From the NCBI RefSeq assembly GCF_009914755.1, contig NC_060943.1: a stretch of 64,000 nucleotides of DNA; one strand, given 5' to 3'. Numbering within the stretch: position 1 is the first letter of the stretch; each line of letters opens with the position of its first letter. Below, piece by piece: positions 27,880-56,219 of the stretch. The translations under genes and the position numbers were made by a program. Under the pieces are notes generated by a model. That model saw only the letters and a list, made by a program, of their open reading frames with translations. It had not been told where the DNA came from and did no database searches. The stretch is from the human T2T-CHM13v2.0 reference genome, Homo sapiens.

Positions 27880-28996
27880 TCTCAACCCATATTCATTCCT
27901 TAGTTTATCCCACCCAGTCTCATGGCTTTAAACTCCATCTACATTTTTCACTTTTGAAAGCATGCTCTGTGGACCAGTAGCAGCATCTGGGAGCTGGCTG
28001 GAAGTGCAGCTTTCCAGACCCTGCCCTCGTCCTACAAAATCAGAATCTGCATTTTAACAAATCCCCAGATGACTTACCAGCATGTGGTGGTGCGTTGCCC
28101 TATGCCTGGTACCTCCCAAGTTATCTCCTGTCCTGATATCTGCCCCAGCCACTCTGCAGCTGCTTACATCACAGTTCAGCTTGAAGGTCCACCAGACATA
28201 TTAAACATATCCAAAATCAGATTCTTAGTTTCTGCTCCCTAACCCTGCCCCACCCCCTGCCTTCCCCATTCCAGCAATTACCCTTATCCAGTTGTTCAGA
28301 ACAGCAATCTTGTCATTATCCCTGAAGACTTCCCTCATACGCTATCCAATCCCCCAGAAACTGCTTCCATCCACTTATTACCACTTGCCCTGCTGCCTGT
28401 CCAAGGCAACATGGCGTCTGACATAAAGTGATACAATTTCCTCCATCTTGCTACTTCCAGTCTTACCACCACAGCAGCCATCATGATCCTTTTAAAATGC
28501 AAGTAAGAACAGTTGCTCCCAGAGTCCCATCTCATGTTTTGGAGTGCTGGTCACAGGCGTCACTGTGGCCTCCAGGGCTCTGCAGGATCTGAATATGCCC
28601 TGAGCCCAGCTCATGGCCAGCCATTCTCCCATGACTCACAGCTCACCAGCCAAACCAGCTGCTTCGTGCTCCTTGAAGTGTGAACACATGGACACACTCT
28701 TGGCCACAGTGCTAGTGTGGCTCATGCTTCATCTGCTCATGTTTCTTCTTTATGGAGGTTTTCCTCACCACCTCATCAAAACGATGCTTCTGCCTATCCT
28801 CTAGTCCCATTTTCTGTTATTTTTTTCACAGCAGTTCTTGCCACCTGACATTTTTCACATTTATTTACCTATTTATTTATTTTCTGTTTTCCCAACTAAA
28901 GTGAACGTGGTGCTTTGTGGTTTTGCTGTCTCCAGTGCCTAGCTCAATGTCTGAAACATAGTAGATTTTTCTTAAATATTTGCTTAGTAAATGAAT
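27880..28996 (+). mobile_element. L2 fragment with a nested MER5-like piece (~27960-28080)
   Basis: L2 phrases and 3' end (AAATATTTGCTTAGTAAATGAAT). MER5 motif AATCAGAATCTGCATTTTAACAA. Confidence 0.65.
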
Positions 28997-29730
28997 TTTA
29001 CTGCTCAGTGGGCACCACTCTTACCCCTGAGAAAGAGTCCTATCATTTTTCTAAATAGGCCAGGAGAAGAGGTCCTGACTGCTATCATTAATCACTAGTT
29101 AGTCCACTAGTTTTGCCTAATGGAGTAAACATATCCTAATAACTTTTTCCCAATGTTTGCTTACAAAGTCCCTTCTGGATCAAATTCTTATGTTAGAGAA
29201 AGAAAACAGTGTAAGATGCATTTGAAAGAAAGCATAATTCCATTTGCCTTTTATTGCCGCATATCACTATAGGCCTATGGAGTGACCAATACAAAATGAA
29301 AAATATTCTCCTAATATTTGTAAACTTTCACTTAGAAAAACTTCTCATTCCCTGAACTCTTTTCATACCCCGAGAAAAAAATACTTAATGGTAAATGTTT
29401 TAAAAAGCAAGCTTACATTTACTTGTTATGAGTGGATTTCTCTATAAGTCTTAGTATATATCAGAGAAAAAAACATGTTCTAAAACTTCTCAATGTTTGC
29501 TAACAAATTCCTTTCTGTGTTAAACCCTTCCAATCACTAAAAAATAGTTTATAATTCTTTTGATCAAAGTATAATTTCTTACAAATGTTTTTCTATATAA
29601 AAATTTTTCATTCACTTTAATAAAAGTTAATGATATATCCTAAGAAAAACTCTTTCTTACATTTGCTTTTTATTGCTGGATGTCTTTATTGGTAGATGAA
29701 GGCCAGAAGAAGTAAAAAGAAGTTCAAATT

Positions 29731-29732
29731 AC

Positions 29733-29766
<34 letters not shown>

Positions 29767-29992
29767 GTATGTATATATACATACATATCATATATATGAT
29801 ATGTATACCATATCATATTATGATATGATATATATACCATATCATATTATGATATGATATATCATAATATGATATGATATGTTATATCATATATATGATA
29901 TGTTATATCATATCATATATATATCATATATCATATCACATATATCCTATATCATATATATCATATATCATATCATATATCATATATATATA
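29731..29992. repeat. (TA)n/(CA)n/(ATATC/GATAT)n microsatellite complex inside the satellite
   Basis: Read directly; self-complementary AT-rich pentamers. Confidence 0.95.
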
Positions 29993-30121
29993 ATTGATTA
30001 GAAAATAGTTTTCTTGTACAACTCATTCATGCACTGAAAGAAAACAGTTGATAGTAAATTTTGATAAAAGCAAGCTTGACATTGACTATTTATAGGTGGA
30101 TTGCTCTATCGTCCTCTAGGC

Positions 30122-30529
30122 CAGGGGTCCCCAATCCCTGGGCCATGGACCACTACTGCTCTGTGGCCTGTTAGGAACTGGGCTGCAAAGCAGGAGGTGA
30201 GTGGAGGGTCAGTGAGCAAAGCTGAACTCCAACTCTTATTGTGAACTGCCCCTGCGAGGGTTCTAGGTTGCGCACTCCTTATGGGATTCTAATACCTAAT
30301 GGTCTGTCACTGTCTCCCATCACCCCCAGACGAGACCATCTAGTTGCAGGAAAACAATCTCAGGCCTCCCACTGATTCTACATTATGGTGGGTATGTAAT
30401 GATAATAGAAATAAAGTGCACAATAAATGTAATGAGTTTGAATTATTCCGAAATTATCTCTCCACCATATGTGGAAAAATTTTCTTCCAAGAAACTGGTC
30501 CCTGGTGCCAAAAAGTTTGGAGCCCACTA
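30122..30529. mobile_element. MER1 (hAT-Charlie) DNA transposon
   Basis: Starts CAGGGGTCCCCAA and ends TTGGAGCCCACTA. 8-bp flanks CTCTAGGC / CTCTAGAT match the hAT NTCTAGAN preference. Confidence 0.88.
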
Positions 30530-31080
30530 CTCTAGATGGCTATTAGCAAAAGGAATATGTTCTAATACATATTCCTCAATATTTGCTTACAAATGCCATT
30601 TTGTGACAAATTCTATTCACTGACAGGAAACAGTACATGATGAGTCCTAGGGGGAGGATGATTACAAATTTATTTTATATCTAAATATCTCTCTAAGTCT
30701 ATAAGCACTGAATGAGAAAAAAATATATTCATATAACATGTTCTAAACTTTCACTTTGAAAAACATTTTATTCATCCAAATTTTCTATTAACTGAAAGAA
30801 AAGTTAACAAAGAATCATGAAGAATGCAAGCTTACATTTACTTTGTATGCACAGATTTCTCTATTGGCCTCCTGGCATAAATGGACAAGGACACATGTTC
30901 TAATAACCTATTTTCCAAATTTGCCTAAACATGCCTTCCTGTGTCAAACTCTTCTATGCACTGAAAAAGAAAATAACTTATGATGCATCCTCAAAGAAGT
31001 ATAATTACATTTTCCTTTTATTGCTGGGCATCTGTGTTGGCTGATGAGGGCTCCAAAAACCCAGAAATGTATTAGAATAC

Positions 31081-33346
31081 TGTATTAGTCCATTTTCACG
31101 CTGCTGATAAAGACTACCTGAGACTGGGAAAAAAGAAAGGTTTAATTGGACTTACAGTTCCACATGGCTGGGGAGTCCTCAAAATCATGGCAGGAGGTGA
31201 AAGGCATTTCTTATATGGTGGTGGCAAGAAAAAATGAGAAAGAAGCAAAAGTGGAAACCCCTGATAAACCCATCAGATCTCATGAGACTTATTCACTATC
31301 ATGAGAATAGCATGGGAAAGACCGGCCCCCATGATTCAATTACCTCCCCCTGGGTCCCTCCCACACATGTGGGAATTCTGGGAGATACAATTCAAGTTGA
31401 GATTTGGGTGGGGACACAGCCACACCGTATCATTCCACCCCTGGACCCCTCCAAATCTCATGTCCTCAAATTTCAAAACCAATCATGCCTTCCTAACAGT
31501 ACCCCAAAGTCTTAACTCATGTCAGTGTTAACTCAAAAGTCCACAGTCCAAAGTCTCATCGGAGAAAAGGCAAGTCCCTTATGCCTATGAGCCTGTAAAA
31601 TCAAAAGCAAGTTAGCTAATTCCTAGATACAACAGGGGTATAAGCATTGGGTAAATACAGCCATTCCAAATGAGAGAAATTGGCAAAAACAAAGGGGATG
31701 CAGGCCCATGCAAGTCCGAAATCCAGCAAGGCAGTCAAATCTTAAAGTTTCAAAATGATCTCCTTTGACTCCATGTTTCACATCCAGTTCACGCTGATGC
31801 AAAAGGTGGGTTTACATGGGCTTGCGCAGCTCCGCCCCTGTGGTCTGGCAGGGAACTGCCTCCCTCCCAGCTGCTTTTATGGGCTGGTGTTGAGTGTCTG
31901 TGGCTTTTCCAGGTGCACGGTGCAAGCTGTCGGTGGATCTACCATTCTGGGGTCTTAGGATGGTGGCTCTCTTCTCATAGCTCCACTAGGCAGCACCCCA
32001 GTGGGGACTCTGTGTGGAGTCTCCCACCCCACATTTCCCTTCCATACTGCCCTAGCAGAGGTTCTCCATGAGGGCCCCAGCCCTGTAGCAAACTTCTGAC
32101 TGGACATCTAGGTATTTCCATACATCCTCTGAAACCTAGGTGGAGGTTCCCAAACCTGAATTCCTGACTTCTGTGCACCCACAGGCTCAACACCACATGG
32201 AAGCTGCAAGGCTTGAGGCTTGCACCCACTGAAGCCACGGCCTGAGCTCTATGTTGGCCTCTTTCAGTCATAGCTGGAGTGGCTGGGACACAGGGCACCA
32301 AGTACCTAGAATGCACACAGCATAGGGACCCTGGGCCTGGTCCAGGAAACCATCTTTTCCTCCTAGGCCTCTGAGCCTGTTATGGGAGAGACTGCTGTGA
32401 AGACCTCTGACATGCCCTGGAGACATTTTCTCCATTGCCTTGGGTATTAACATTACTTATGCAAATTTCTGCAGCTGACTTGAATTTCTCCTCAGCAAAT
32501 CGGTTTTTCTTTTCTATTGCATTGTCAGGCTGCAAATTTTCCAAACTTTTATGCTCTGTTTCCCTTTTGAAACTGAATGCCTTTAATAGCACCCAAGTCA
32601 CCTCTTGAATGCTTTGCTGCTTAGAAATTTCTTCTGCCAGATACCCTAAATCATCTCTCTCAAGTTCAAAATTCCTCAAATCTCTAGGGCAGGAGAAAAA
32701 TGCTGCCAGTCTCTTTGCTAAAACGTAACAAGGGTCACCTTTACTCCAGTTCCCAACAAGTTATGCATCTCCATCTGAGACCACCTCAGCCTGGACCTTA
32801 TTGTTCATATCACTATCAGCATGTTTGTCAAAGCCATTGAACAAGTCTCTAGGAAGTTCCAAACTTTCCCATATTTTCCTGTCTTCTTCTGTGACCTCCA
32901 AACTGTTCCAATATCTGCCTGTTACCTAGTTCAAAAGTCGCTTCCACATTTTCAGGTATCTTTTCAGCAATACCCACTCTGGGTATCAATTTACTTTATT
33001 AGTCTGTGTTCACACTGCTGATAAAGACATACCTGAGACTGGGAGAAAGAGAAATTCAACTGGACTTGCAGTTCCACATGGCTAGGGAGGCCTCATAATC
33101 ATGGCGGGAGGTGAAAGGCATTTCTCATGTGGCAGCAGCAAGAGAAAATGAGGAAGAAGCAAAAGCAGAAACTTCCAATGAACCTATTAGATCTCCTGAG
33201 ACTTATTCACTATCACAAGAATAGCATGGGAAAGCCCGGCCCCCATGATTCAATTTCCTCCCCTGGGTCCCTCCCACAACACATGGGAATTCTGAGAGAT
33301 ATAATTCAAGCTGAGATTTGGGTGGAAACACAGCCAAACCATATAA
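31081..33346 (-). mobile_element. Complete THE1 MaLR element: LTR 31081-31432, internal region, LTR ~32995-33346
   Basis: Two homologous ~350-bp LTRs around ~1.56 kb of THE1-int. TSD AATAC on both sides. Confidence 0.93.
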
Positions 33347-35052
33347 AATACCATATACGAAATTTTTAGTTAAAAAAATTATCTCATTCATTCAACTATT
33401 TTATTCACTGAAATAAAGCAGTTAGTGACAGATCTGGAAAAAAGTTAACCTACATTTACTGTTTAAATTTATGAATATCTTTTCTGGCTGTTGGTGTCTA
33501 TTGGAGAAAGAAACATGTCCTAATAATGTCTTCTCAGCGTCTAAGTACAAATTATTTTTGTGTTAAACTCCTCTATTCGTTATTTTAAAAAGAAGTTCTT
33601 GATGCATCTTATGGAAAGCATGCTTACATTTGCCTCTGATTGCGTGACATCTCTATAAGCCCATAAGAGCCCGATAGGGAATAAAAATGTTCAAATTATA
33701 TAACACAAACCTTTACTTAGAAAAGGATCTTCTTCTTCAAGCTCTTTCATTCACTGAAAGAAAACAGTTAATTATGAATCTTAAAGAAAGCAAGCTTACT
33801 TTTACTCTTTATAGGTGGATTTTCTATTGGTCTCTTGCTGTCTACTAGAAAAAGAAACATGTTATAATAATTTCTTCTTTGTGTTTGCTTAAAGATGATT
33901 TTTTTTCAAACTCTCCATTTACAGAATGAAAGAATACTGTGATGCATCTTAAGGAAATCATAATTAAATTTGCTATTTTTTTTCTGGATAGCTCTACTGG
34001 CCAATGAGGGCCCAAAGAAGAAAGAAAAATGTTTCAATAACATGTTCTCAGTTTTCACTTAGAAATTTATCTTGTTCATAAAAATCTTAGACTTACTGAA
34101 AGAAACAGTGAATGATGAATCATAAAAAAATAAGCTTACATTTACTTTTTATACGTGTATTTTTCTATTGGCCTATTGGTGCCTATTGGAGACAGAAATA
34201 TGTTCTAATAACTTCTCAATATTTGCTTACAAACACCTTTCTTTTTGAAACACTTCAAATAAAAAAAGAGTTTATTATGCATTCTAAGAAAACCATAATT
34301 ACACTTCTCTTTTATTGCTAAAAATGTCTTTAGGCCTACGTGGTTACAATGGGCATAGCAAAATGTTCAAATAACGTGTTCTAAACTTTTGGTTAGAAAT
34401 GCATCTCACTTATCAAATTCTTCTATTCACTGAAAGAAAACAGTTAATGATTAATCTTGCAGAAAACAAGCTTACATTTACTTTTTATAGGTGGATTTCT
34501 CTATCAGCCTCTTGGTGCTCATTGGAGAAAAACCATGTTCTAATAATTTCTTCTAAATGTTTACTTACAAATGCCTTTTAGTGTCGAACTCTTTTATTCA
34601 CTGAATGAAAACAGTTTACAATGTTTCTTATGGGAAGCATGACTACATTTGCCTTTTGTTGCTGGATATTTCTGTATGTCTATGAAATCTCAGTGGAAAA
34701 AGAAAAATGTTCAATAACATGTTCTAAACTTCACTGAGAAAAGCATCACAGTCACCAAACATTCCAGTTCATTGAAATAAAACAGTAAATAATCAATCTT
34801 GCAGAAAGTAAGGGTACCTTTACTTTCTATGGGTGGAGTTTTTTTGTTTTTTGGACTTGGCACCTATTAGAGAAAGAAACATGACCTTCTCAACATTTGG
34901 TTATAAGTTCCTTTTTTGTTAAACTATCATTCATGGAAAGAAACAGGTTATAACGCTTTTTATGGAAAGTATGTTTCCACTTGCCTCTTATTACTGCATA
35001 TCTCTATAGGCCTATGAGGTGTCAGTAGGAAGAATAATGTTAATATGTTCTA

Positions 35053-35248
35053 CAATGAGAACACATGGACATAGGGTGGGAACATCACACACCAGGGCAT
35101 GTCGGTGGGTGGGGGGCTGGGGGAGGGATAGCATTAGGAGAAATAACTAATGTAAATGATGAGTTGATGGGTGCAGCAAACCAACATGGCACATGTATAC
35201 CTATGTAACAAACCTTCATGTTGTGTACATGTACCCAAAGACTTAAAG

Positions 35249-35282
<34 letters not shown>
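35053..35282 (+). mobile_element. Short L1PA 3' end with a (TA)n-converted tail
   Basis: L1PA 3'UTR. TSD ATATGTTCTA at 35043-35052 and 35283-35292. Confidence 0.9.
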
Positions 35283-35289
<7 letters not shown>

Positions 35290-35524
35290 CTAAACTTAAC
35301 TGAGTAAAAAAATCTCATTTGTCAAGTGCTTCCATTTGTTGAAAGAAAACAGTTAATGGTAAATCTTGAAGAAAGTAAGCTTACATTTACTGTTTTTTTG
35401 GTAACTTTTTTTGAATCTTGGCATCTATTACAAAAAGACACAAGTACTAATAACTTATTCTCAATGTTTGTTTACAAACTCCTTTTCTTTCCAGCTCGTC
35501 TATCCACTGGAAAAAAGGAGTTAA

Positions 35525-35857
<333 letters not shown>

Positions 35858-35959
35858 GCATTATTACATTTTTTAAAAGCTGGATGTATCCATAGGTCCA
35901 CGAGGGCCCAAATGGAAAAAAAAATGTTCAAATAACATGTTCAAATTTTTTTTAAAAAG

Positions 35960-38910
35960 ATATTGGAGAGGAGAAAAGCCAAGAGGGATGACCTGACACG
36001 GTGAAGAGGAACTTCTCCCTGGGAGACCAGACAATCAAGAAGACCAGTACTCCAAGCAGATTGTCAGAAAGAACACATTGAGAGTGTGTGGAGGAAGGAC
36101 ACAGACACTAGGCTGAAGAGTGAGAAATGTGGAAACCCTGCAAAGGGTTGCCAAGCACCAGGACTTGTTCCTCGCCTTATGCAGCTCTTGGGGAAAGGGT
36201 GAGTTAAATAGGCATGGAGTGGTTCACTCTCACCATGGACCTCCAGAATCCTAGCTGCAGAAGACCCCATGATCCCCTGGACATCTCAGATGGCAGGGAG
36301 AGCTGTTTGAAGAGCTGGCAGAGAGGGGACTCCAGCCTTTGTGGAGCCCAAAGGGTTTGGCATGGGAACAACTGCAGTGTAGCATGGCCAGGGATGCCCA
36401 TCCCCCAAGGCTCACCCCACTCGTTTAGGTAGCTTTGGCGTTTCTTGGCTGTTGGACCCAAGTAGAACAGAGCTACCTTGCCCATGGGATGGAGCCATTC
36501 TGATCTGAACACCCCCGTCTGCCAGTCTCTCCTAGAGTCCCTGCCTGGCCCCACCCACTAACAGTGCAGCCTCAGATGCTCAAACAAGGTGCTTCCCAGT
36601 GGCCACCACCATAGGTCCTTCACTGGAAGACCACACCTAACTATCAGAGAGCTTCTGTTCAAGGGACCCCAACAGCACACAACTGTCCACAGCCTGCCCT
36701 GACTGCTTCACTGGCACACACTTGCCTGCAGCATCCTCCCACCATTTTGATGGCATGTAACTGCCCCAAATCTGCCAACTGCTTTGCTGGTGCATGTTAG
36801 TGTGTGGGCCTCACCATCCTGGTGCCATCAGTGTAAATGTATGCACAGATCCTGCTGAGCCACCACCCTGCCACTGCTGGTGCACATGTGGACCCTGCTG
36901 CACCACTGTCCCACTGCCACCAGTGTGTGAACACGTGTGGACCCTGCCATGCTGCTGCCACTTGTGTACACACAGGCATGCACACAAATGCTGCCATACC
37001 ATTGCCCTGTTGCTGCTGGAATGTACAAGTGCACGCCCTGCTGCCATTACCCTGATGAAGCCCTTTTAGCAGCACCCCCATCAAAGTGTTTTTGCCAGCA
37101 GACCCAGAACGCCTTGCTACCTCCAGTGAAGTGGATGTTTAACATTGAAGAGCCAGAGAACAAAGCCATGGGCCTGGTCCCAGGCCCCAATGTTGGAGTA
37201 TACAGCCCAGGAGCACTGAGCTGAGCCTCAGCCCCCTGAAATTATCCAGTTAAATAGCCAGCCAACTGAACCCAAATGTCACCACAGTAAAGTCCTCAAG
37301 GATATCAAGAATATAAGAGCAAAAAGCTCCATCAAAAGAATAGCAAATTCAAAAATTAAAGAAACATCACTCCACATAGATAAGAGAATCAGTGCTAGAA
37401 CTCTGGCAACTGAAAGAGCAGACGTGTCTTCCTACCTTCAAATCCCCAAACTAGCTCCTCATTAATTTAGCCAGACAGAAATTACTGAAATGTCAGACAT
37501 ATAATGCAGAATCTATATAGCAATGAAGATCACTGAGATTCAGGAGAAAGTTGAAACCCAGTCCAAGGAATCTAAGGAAATCAACAAAATGATACAAGAG
37601 CTGAAATACAAGATAAAACCACTTTAATGCAAAACCAAACTGATCTAATGGAGCTGAAAAACTCACTACAAGAATTTTATAAAACATTAACAGCAGAATA
37701 GACGAAGCTGAGGAAAGAATTTCAGAGCTTCAAGACTGGTTCTTCGAACTGACTCAGTCAAACACAAATTTAAAAAAAGAACTTTGAAATAAACAAAATC
37801 TCTGAGAAATAATACATTTATGTAAAGAGACTAAATCTATCATGCATTAGTGTCCCTGAAATGGAGAGAAAGCAAGCAACTTGGAAAACATATTTGAGAA
37901 TATTGTTGATGAAAAATTTCTCAGCTTTGCTAGCAAAGTCACCATTCATGGTCAGAAAATTTAGAGAACCCCTTCAAGATAGACAAGAAGGCCCTCCTCA
38001 AGACACAGAGTCAGCATATTCTTCAGGGTGAATACAAAATAAAAAATACTAAAGGCAAGTGGAGAGAAAGGGCAGGCCACAAACAAAGGGAATCCCATCA
38101 GCTTAACAGCAGACTTTTCAGCAGAAATCCTATAAACCAGAAGAGATTGAGGGCCTATATTCTGTACCCGTAATAAAAAATTCCAACCAAGAATTTCATA
38201 TCCAGCCAAACTAAGCTTCATAAGAAAAAAAAATCTCTAATTCTTTTCAGATAAGTAAATGCTAAGGCAATGATCACCAGACCTTCCTTAAAAGAGATCC
38301 TGAGGAAATGCTAAACATGGAAATGAATGACTGTTACTAGCCACCAGAAAGCACATTTACGTACATAGACCAAGGACACTATAAAGCAACTACAAAATTA
38401 AGTCTACATAAAAACCAGCTAACAATATGGTGACAGGATTAAATGTACACATATCAATAAATTTTGAATGTGAATGGAAAAAATGGGAATAAATGCACCA
38501 CTTAAAAGTCACGGAATGGCAAGTTGGATAAAGAAGCAAGACAACTGCGTGCTCTATTGAAAATACCCATCTTACCTGCTATGACACTCAAAGGCTCAAA
38601 TTATAGGAATATATAAAAATTTACCAACTAAACAAAAAAAGCAGAATTTGCTATTCTTATTTCAGACAAAACAGACTTTAATCAACATTAATGAGAAAGA
38701 ACAAAGAAAGGCATTACACATTGATAAAGGGTTCAATTCAAGAAGACTTAACTATCTTAAATATGTATGCACTCAACATCACAGCACCTAGATACATAAA
38801 GCAAGTTCTTAGAAACCTACAAAGAGACTTAGATACCACATAACAATACCAAACAACTTCAACACCCCACTGACAGATCATCGAGGCAGAAAAGTAAAAA
38901 AAAGACACTC
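35960..38910 (+). mobile_element. Old L1 5' half (5'UTR, ORF1, start of ORF2 endonuclease)
   Basis: GC-richer 5'UTR, degenerate ORF1 (GAATTTCATATCCAGCCAAACTAAGCTTC) and an ORF2 start near 38430. Confidence 0.85.
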
Positions 38911-38911
38911 A

Positions 38912-45013
<6,102 letters not shown>

Positions 45014-45046
45014 TACATTACTCCTTTCCGAAAAAAAAAAAAAAAA

Positions 45047-45622
45047 GAATTCTCAAATAACTTAAAATAGCACTACCATTCAACCCAGCAATCCCATTTT
45101 TTGGTTATATACCAAAATAAATAAATACTATTTTCCCCAGAAGACACATGTTTGTTTTTGTTCATTGCAGCGATATTCACAATAGCAAAGACATGCAATC
45201 AAACCTAGGTGCCCATCAACTGTAGCCTGGATAAGGAAAATGTGGCACATATACACTATGAAATACTATGCAGTCATAAAAAAAGAATGAAATCATGTAT
45301 TTTTCCTACCAACATAGATGCAGCTGGAGGCCATTACCCTAAAGTGAATTAATTCAGGAACAGAAAAATCAAATACTGCATGTTCTCATGTATAAGTGTG
45401 AGCTAAACTTTTGAGTACACATAAACACAAAAAGGAAAACCATAAATGCCAGGGCTTACTTGATGGTGAAGGGTGAAAGTTAGAATCAGAAAACTACCTA
45501 TTGGGTACTATGCTCAGTACCTGTGTGATAAAATCATTTTTACACCAAACCCCAGTGACACACAATTTACTCATGTAAGAAATATGCACATGAACCCCTG
45601 AACTTAAAAGTTGGAAAAAAAA
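45047..45622 (+). mobile_element. Old L1 3' end
   Basis: ORF2 end and 3'UTR, ending CCCCTGAACTTAAAAGTTGGAAAAAAA. Confidence 0.85.
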
Positions 45623-46090
45623 CCTTGGTCTTCTCTTAAAATTACTGGGTTTCTTTTGGAGAGACTATAATAAGAGTTTATAAAAGGCTTTTTAAAACTC
45701 TCTTTACACAAACTTCTTGGAAAAAAAAATTCTGTGTTTAATCAAAATAATTTATTGTGCTCTGTATTTTATTAGGTCTTCTGATTAGTAAGAAAACTGA
45801 GTCTTCCTAATATTAAAAAATTTAGAGTTTTTTGAGAACTATGTAACTTTTCTGTATTTGCCTCTTTTTTCATAACGTGATTCCATTAAGTGTTTTAAAT
45901 ATTTTGTTTGACATTTTTGACAAAGTTCTCAAAAGAAACTTTTAATTAAGTCTTTCTGACCTTGAATTAACTTACAATAACTACAGAGGGTCCCTGAGAC
46001 ATCTGAGATTTGAAAAAGAGAGATATTAAGCTAGTTTGAATTATTTGGTATGTAAAATTATATGTGAAGAAATGTCAAATAAGAAATGTT
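45623..46090 (+). mobile_element. MER4-group ERV internal fragment
   Basis: Similar to 25.0-25.6 kb (TTAAGTGTTTTAAA...TTTGACAAA). Confidence 0.55.
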
Positions 46091-46099
46091 TAATTTTTT

Positions 46100-48800
46100 T
46101 TCAATATGACATTGGAGGCAATGTTAGCATGTGTCTCCCATGCAGAAAGGCAAAACATTTGTAAATATTCATGCTGTGAACCTTTTTCCAAGATGCAGCA
46201 CAGAAATTTATCAGAAAAACTGAAAGAAAGCATAGACTGTTTGAATGAAGTGGTGGGCTGCAGCTTACACTGTGAGCCAGGCAGAAAACATCCAACAAGA
46301 GACAATGAACCTATTCATGAACCCAGCACATCACTACTACAACCAGAGTCTCAGAAAGCCATCACACAAAAATTCTCTATAACCAAGAAATTCATACAGA
46401 GTCTTTGCCACTGAAAGCACTCAGAGCTGGAACTAGGTGACAATAATCTGTAAACATTAAAGTCACATTCTTGACCATGTGTGGTGATTCACACTTGCAA
46501 TCCCAGCACTTTGGGAGGCAGAGGCAGGTGGATAACTTGAGGTCAAGAGTTCGAGACCAGCCTGGCCAACATCATGAAACCTCGTCTCTACCAAAAGTAC
46601 AAAAATTAGCCGGGTGTGGTGACACGTGCTTATAATCCCAGCTACTCAGGAGGCTGAGGCAGGAGAATCACTTGAGCCCAGGAGGCAAAGGCTCCTGCAC
46701 TCCAGGCTGGGTGACACAGTGAGACTTTGTCTCAAAAAAAAAAAAATTACGTTCTGAAGAAAAAAAAAACCAGTATAATCAACCACAAATTCAAAAGTAA
46801 TTACAAGAAATAGTCTACACCAAAGAGAAAGAACCAAAAAACCAATTCTAGCAATATGAAGAAAAAAAAAAACCCAGGATTTTCTAATCCTCTAAAAAGG
46901 TCACACTAACTGTCCAGCAGTGGATCCAAACTAAGATGAAATCCTTGAAATACCAGATAAAAAATTCAAAAAGTTCATTAATTTGTTCAAGGAGATACAA
47001 AACAAAGGTAAAAACCAACATAAAGAAATTTTAAAAATTCAGGATATTAATAAAAACTTTTCTAAAGAGATAGATTATTTTAAAGGAAACTCAATCAGAA
47101 CTTCTGCAAAGACACTTTTAGGGAACTACAAAATTCAGTAGAAAATTTTAACAACAGACTAGACCAAATATAAGAGAGTTTAAGAGCTTGAAGACAAAAC
47201 TTTTGTATTAACCGAATCAGAAAAAAAAAATCAAAAATGATCAAATTCCTCAATGAATAGGAGATTATGTAAAACAGCCAAACCCAAGAACAAAAGGTAT
47301 TTCTGGGTGAGAAGAAAAAACAAAATTTTAGAATACCTATTTGAGAGAATTATTGGTAAAACTTCCTTGGTGTTGCTAAATATCTAGATATCCAAATACA
47401 AGAAGCTCAAAAAACTTCTGTAAGATTAATTCCAACCAGTATATCACCAAGGCCTAAGTTTAATGTGAAGGAAAGAATTCTAAGAGCAGTGAGACAAAAG
47501 CATCAGGTAACTTATGAATTAAAACCTATCAGGTTAACAGCAAACTTCTCAACAGAAACCTTACAAGCCAGAAGTGATTGGGATGCTAACTTTAGCCTTC
47601 TAAAAAAAAAAAAAAAATGACTGTCAACCAAGAATTTTATATCCAGTCACACTGTTACATAAATGAAGGGAAAAAAGTATTTCTCAGATAAGCAAACGAT
47701 GAGGAAATTTGTCACTACTAGACAAGTCCTACAGAAAATGCTAAAAGAAAAAATTCAACTTAGAAACAAAAGGTTGATACACACTACAACAGAAACTCTT
47801 AAAAGCATAAAACTAACAGGGCTTATAAAACAATAACACAATGGAGAAAACAAAGTCACTTGATAACAACATGATGACTGGAAAATTACCTCACATCTCA
47901 ATACCAACATAGAATGTAAATGGTCTAAGTGCTCTACTTAAAAAATACAGACAGGTAGAATAAAATATATTACAAAACAAATATCTGCCTTCTTCAGGAG
48001 ACACACCTAATACATAAAGATTCTTTAAAATTCAAAGTAAAGGGGTAAAAAAAGATATTTCATGCAAATGGAAACCAAAAGCAAATAGGAGTAGATATTC
48101 TTATAACAGAAAAACAGACTTTAAAGAAACAACAGTAAAAAAGACAAAGAAGAACATTATACAATAATACAATAATCAACTATATGATAACATATGATAA
48201 TCCTAAATATATATGCATTTTACTCTGGAGCTCCCAGATTCATAAAACTATTACTACTAGACTAATAAAAGAGATAGACAGCAATACAATAATAATGGGG
48301 AATTCAATATTCTACTGACAGCACTAGACAGATCATCAAGGCAGAAAGTCAATAAAGAAACCCTGGACTTACACTGTAGTCTAGAACAAATGGGCCTAAC
48401 AGCTATTTAGAAAACATTCTACCCAAGACGTACAGAATATACACTCTTCTCAGCAACACATGAAACATTCTCCAACATAGACCATATAATATCCCACAAA
48501 ACAAGTATCAATATTTTTTTAATATTGAAATTATATCAAGTTGCTTCACAGACCATAGTGGAATAAATAAAACTAAAAGTCAGTTACAAAAGGTCCCTTA
48601 AACCTATACATGTACATAGAAATTAAGCAGTCTGCTCCGGAATAATTTTTGGATTAACAATACAATCAATAAAATTTTAAAAATATTTGAAATGAATGAT
48701 AACAGGGAAACAAGGTATCAGGACCTCTGGAATACAGCAAAACCAGTGCTAAAAGGAAAATTCACAATGCCAAATACCTACATCAAAAAGGCTGAAAAGA
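46100..48800 (+). mobile_element. Old L1 5' half (5'UTR, ORF1, ORF2 endonuclease) with an AluS at ~46473-46746
   Basis: Degenerate ORF1/ORF2 sequence and an Alu dimer. Confidence 0.8.
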
Positions 48801-48984
48801 ATCTGGATGGCAAGAAAGATCATCGAGATTCAGGAGAAAGTTGAAACCCATTCCAAAGAAACTAAAGAGTCCAGTATAACAATTCAAAAAATGAAAGATA
48901 TAATAGCCATTTTAATATAGAACCAAACTGAGCTAATAGAGCTGAAAAACTCACTATAAGAATTTTACAGCACAAACAGAAGTA

Positions 48985-56219
<7,235 letters not shown>

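Noticed and set aside
36780-37070. Imperfect short tandem repeats and a cluster of Cys/His-rich ORFs
   Set aside because: Lies inside an old L1 5'UTR, where such internal repeats are ordinary.
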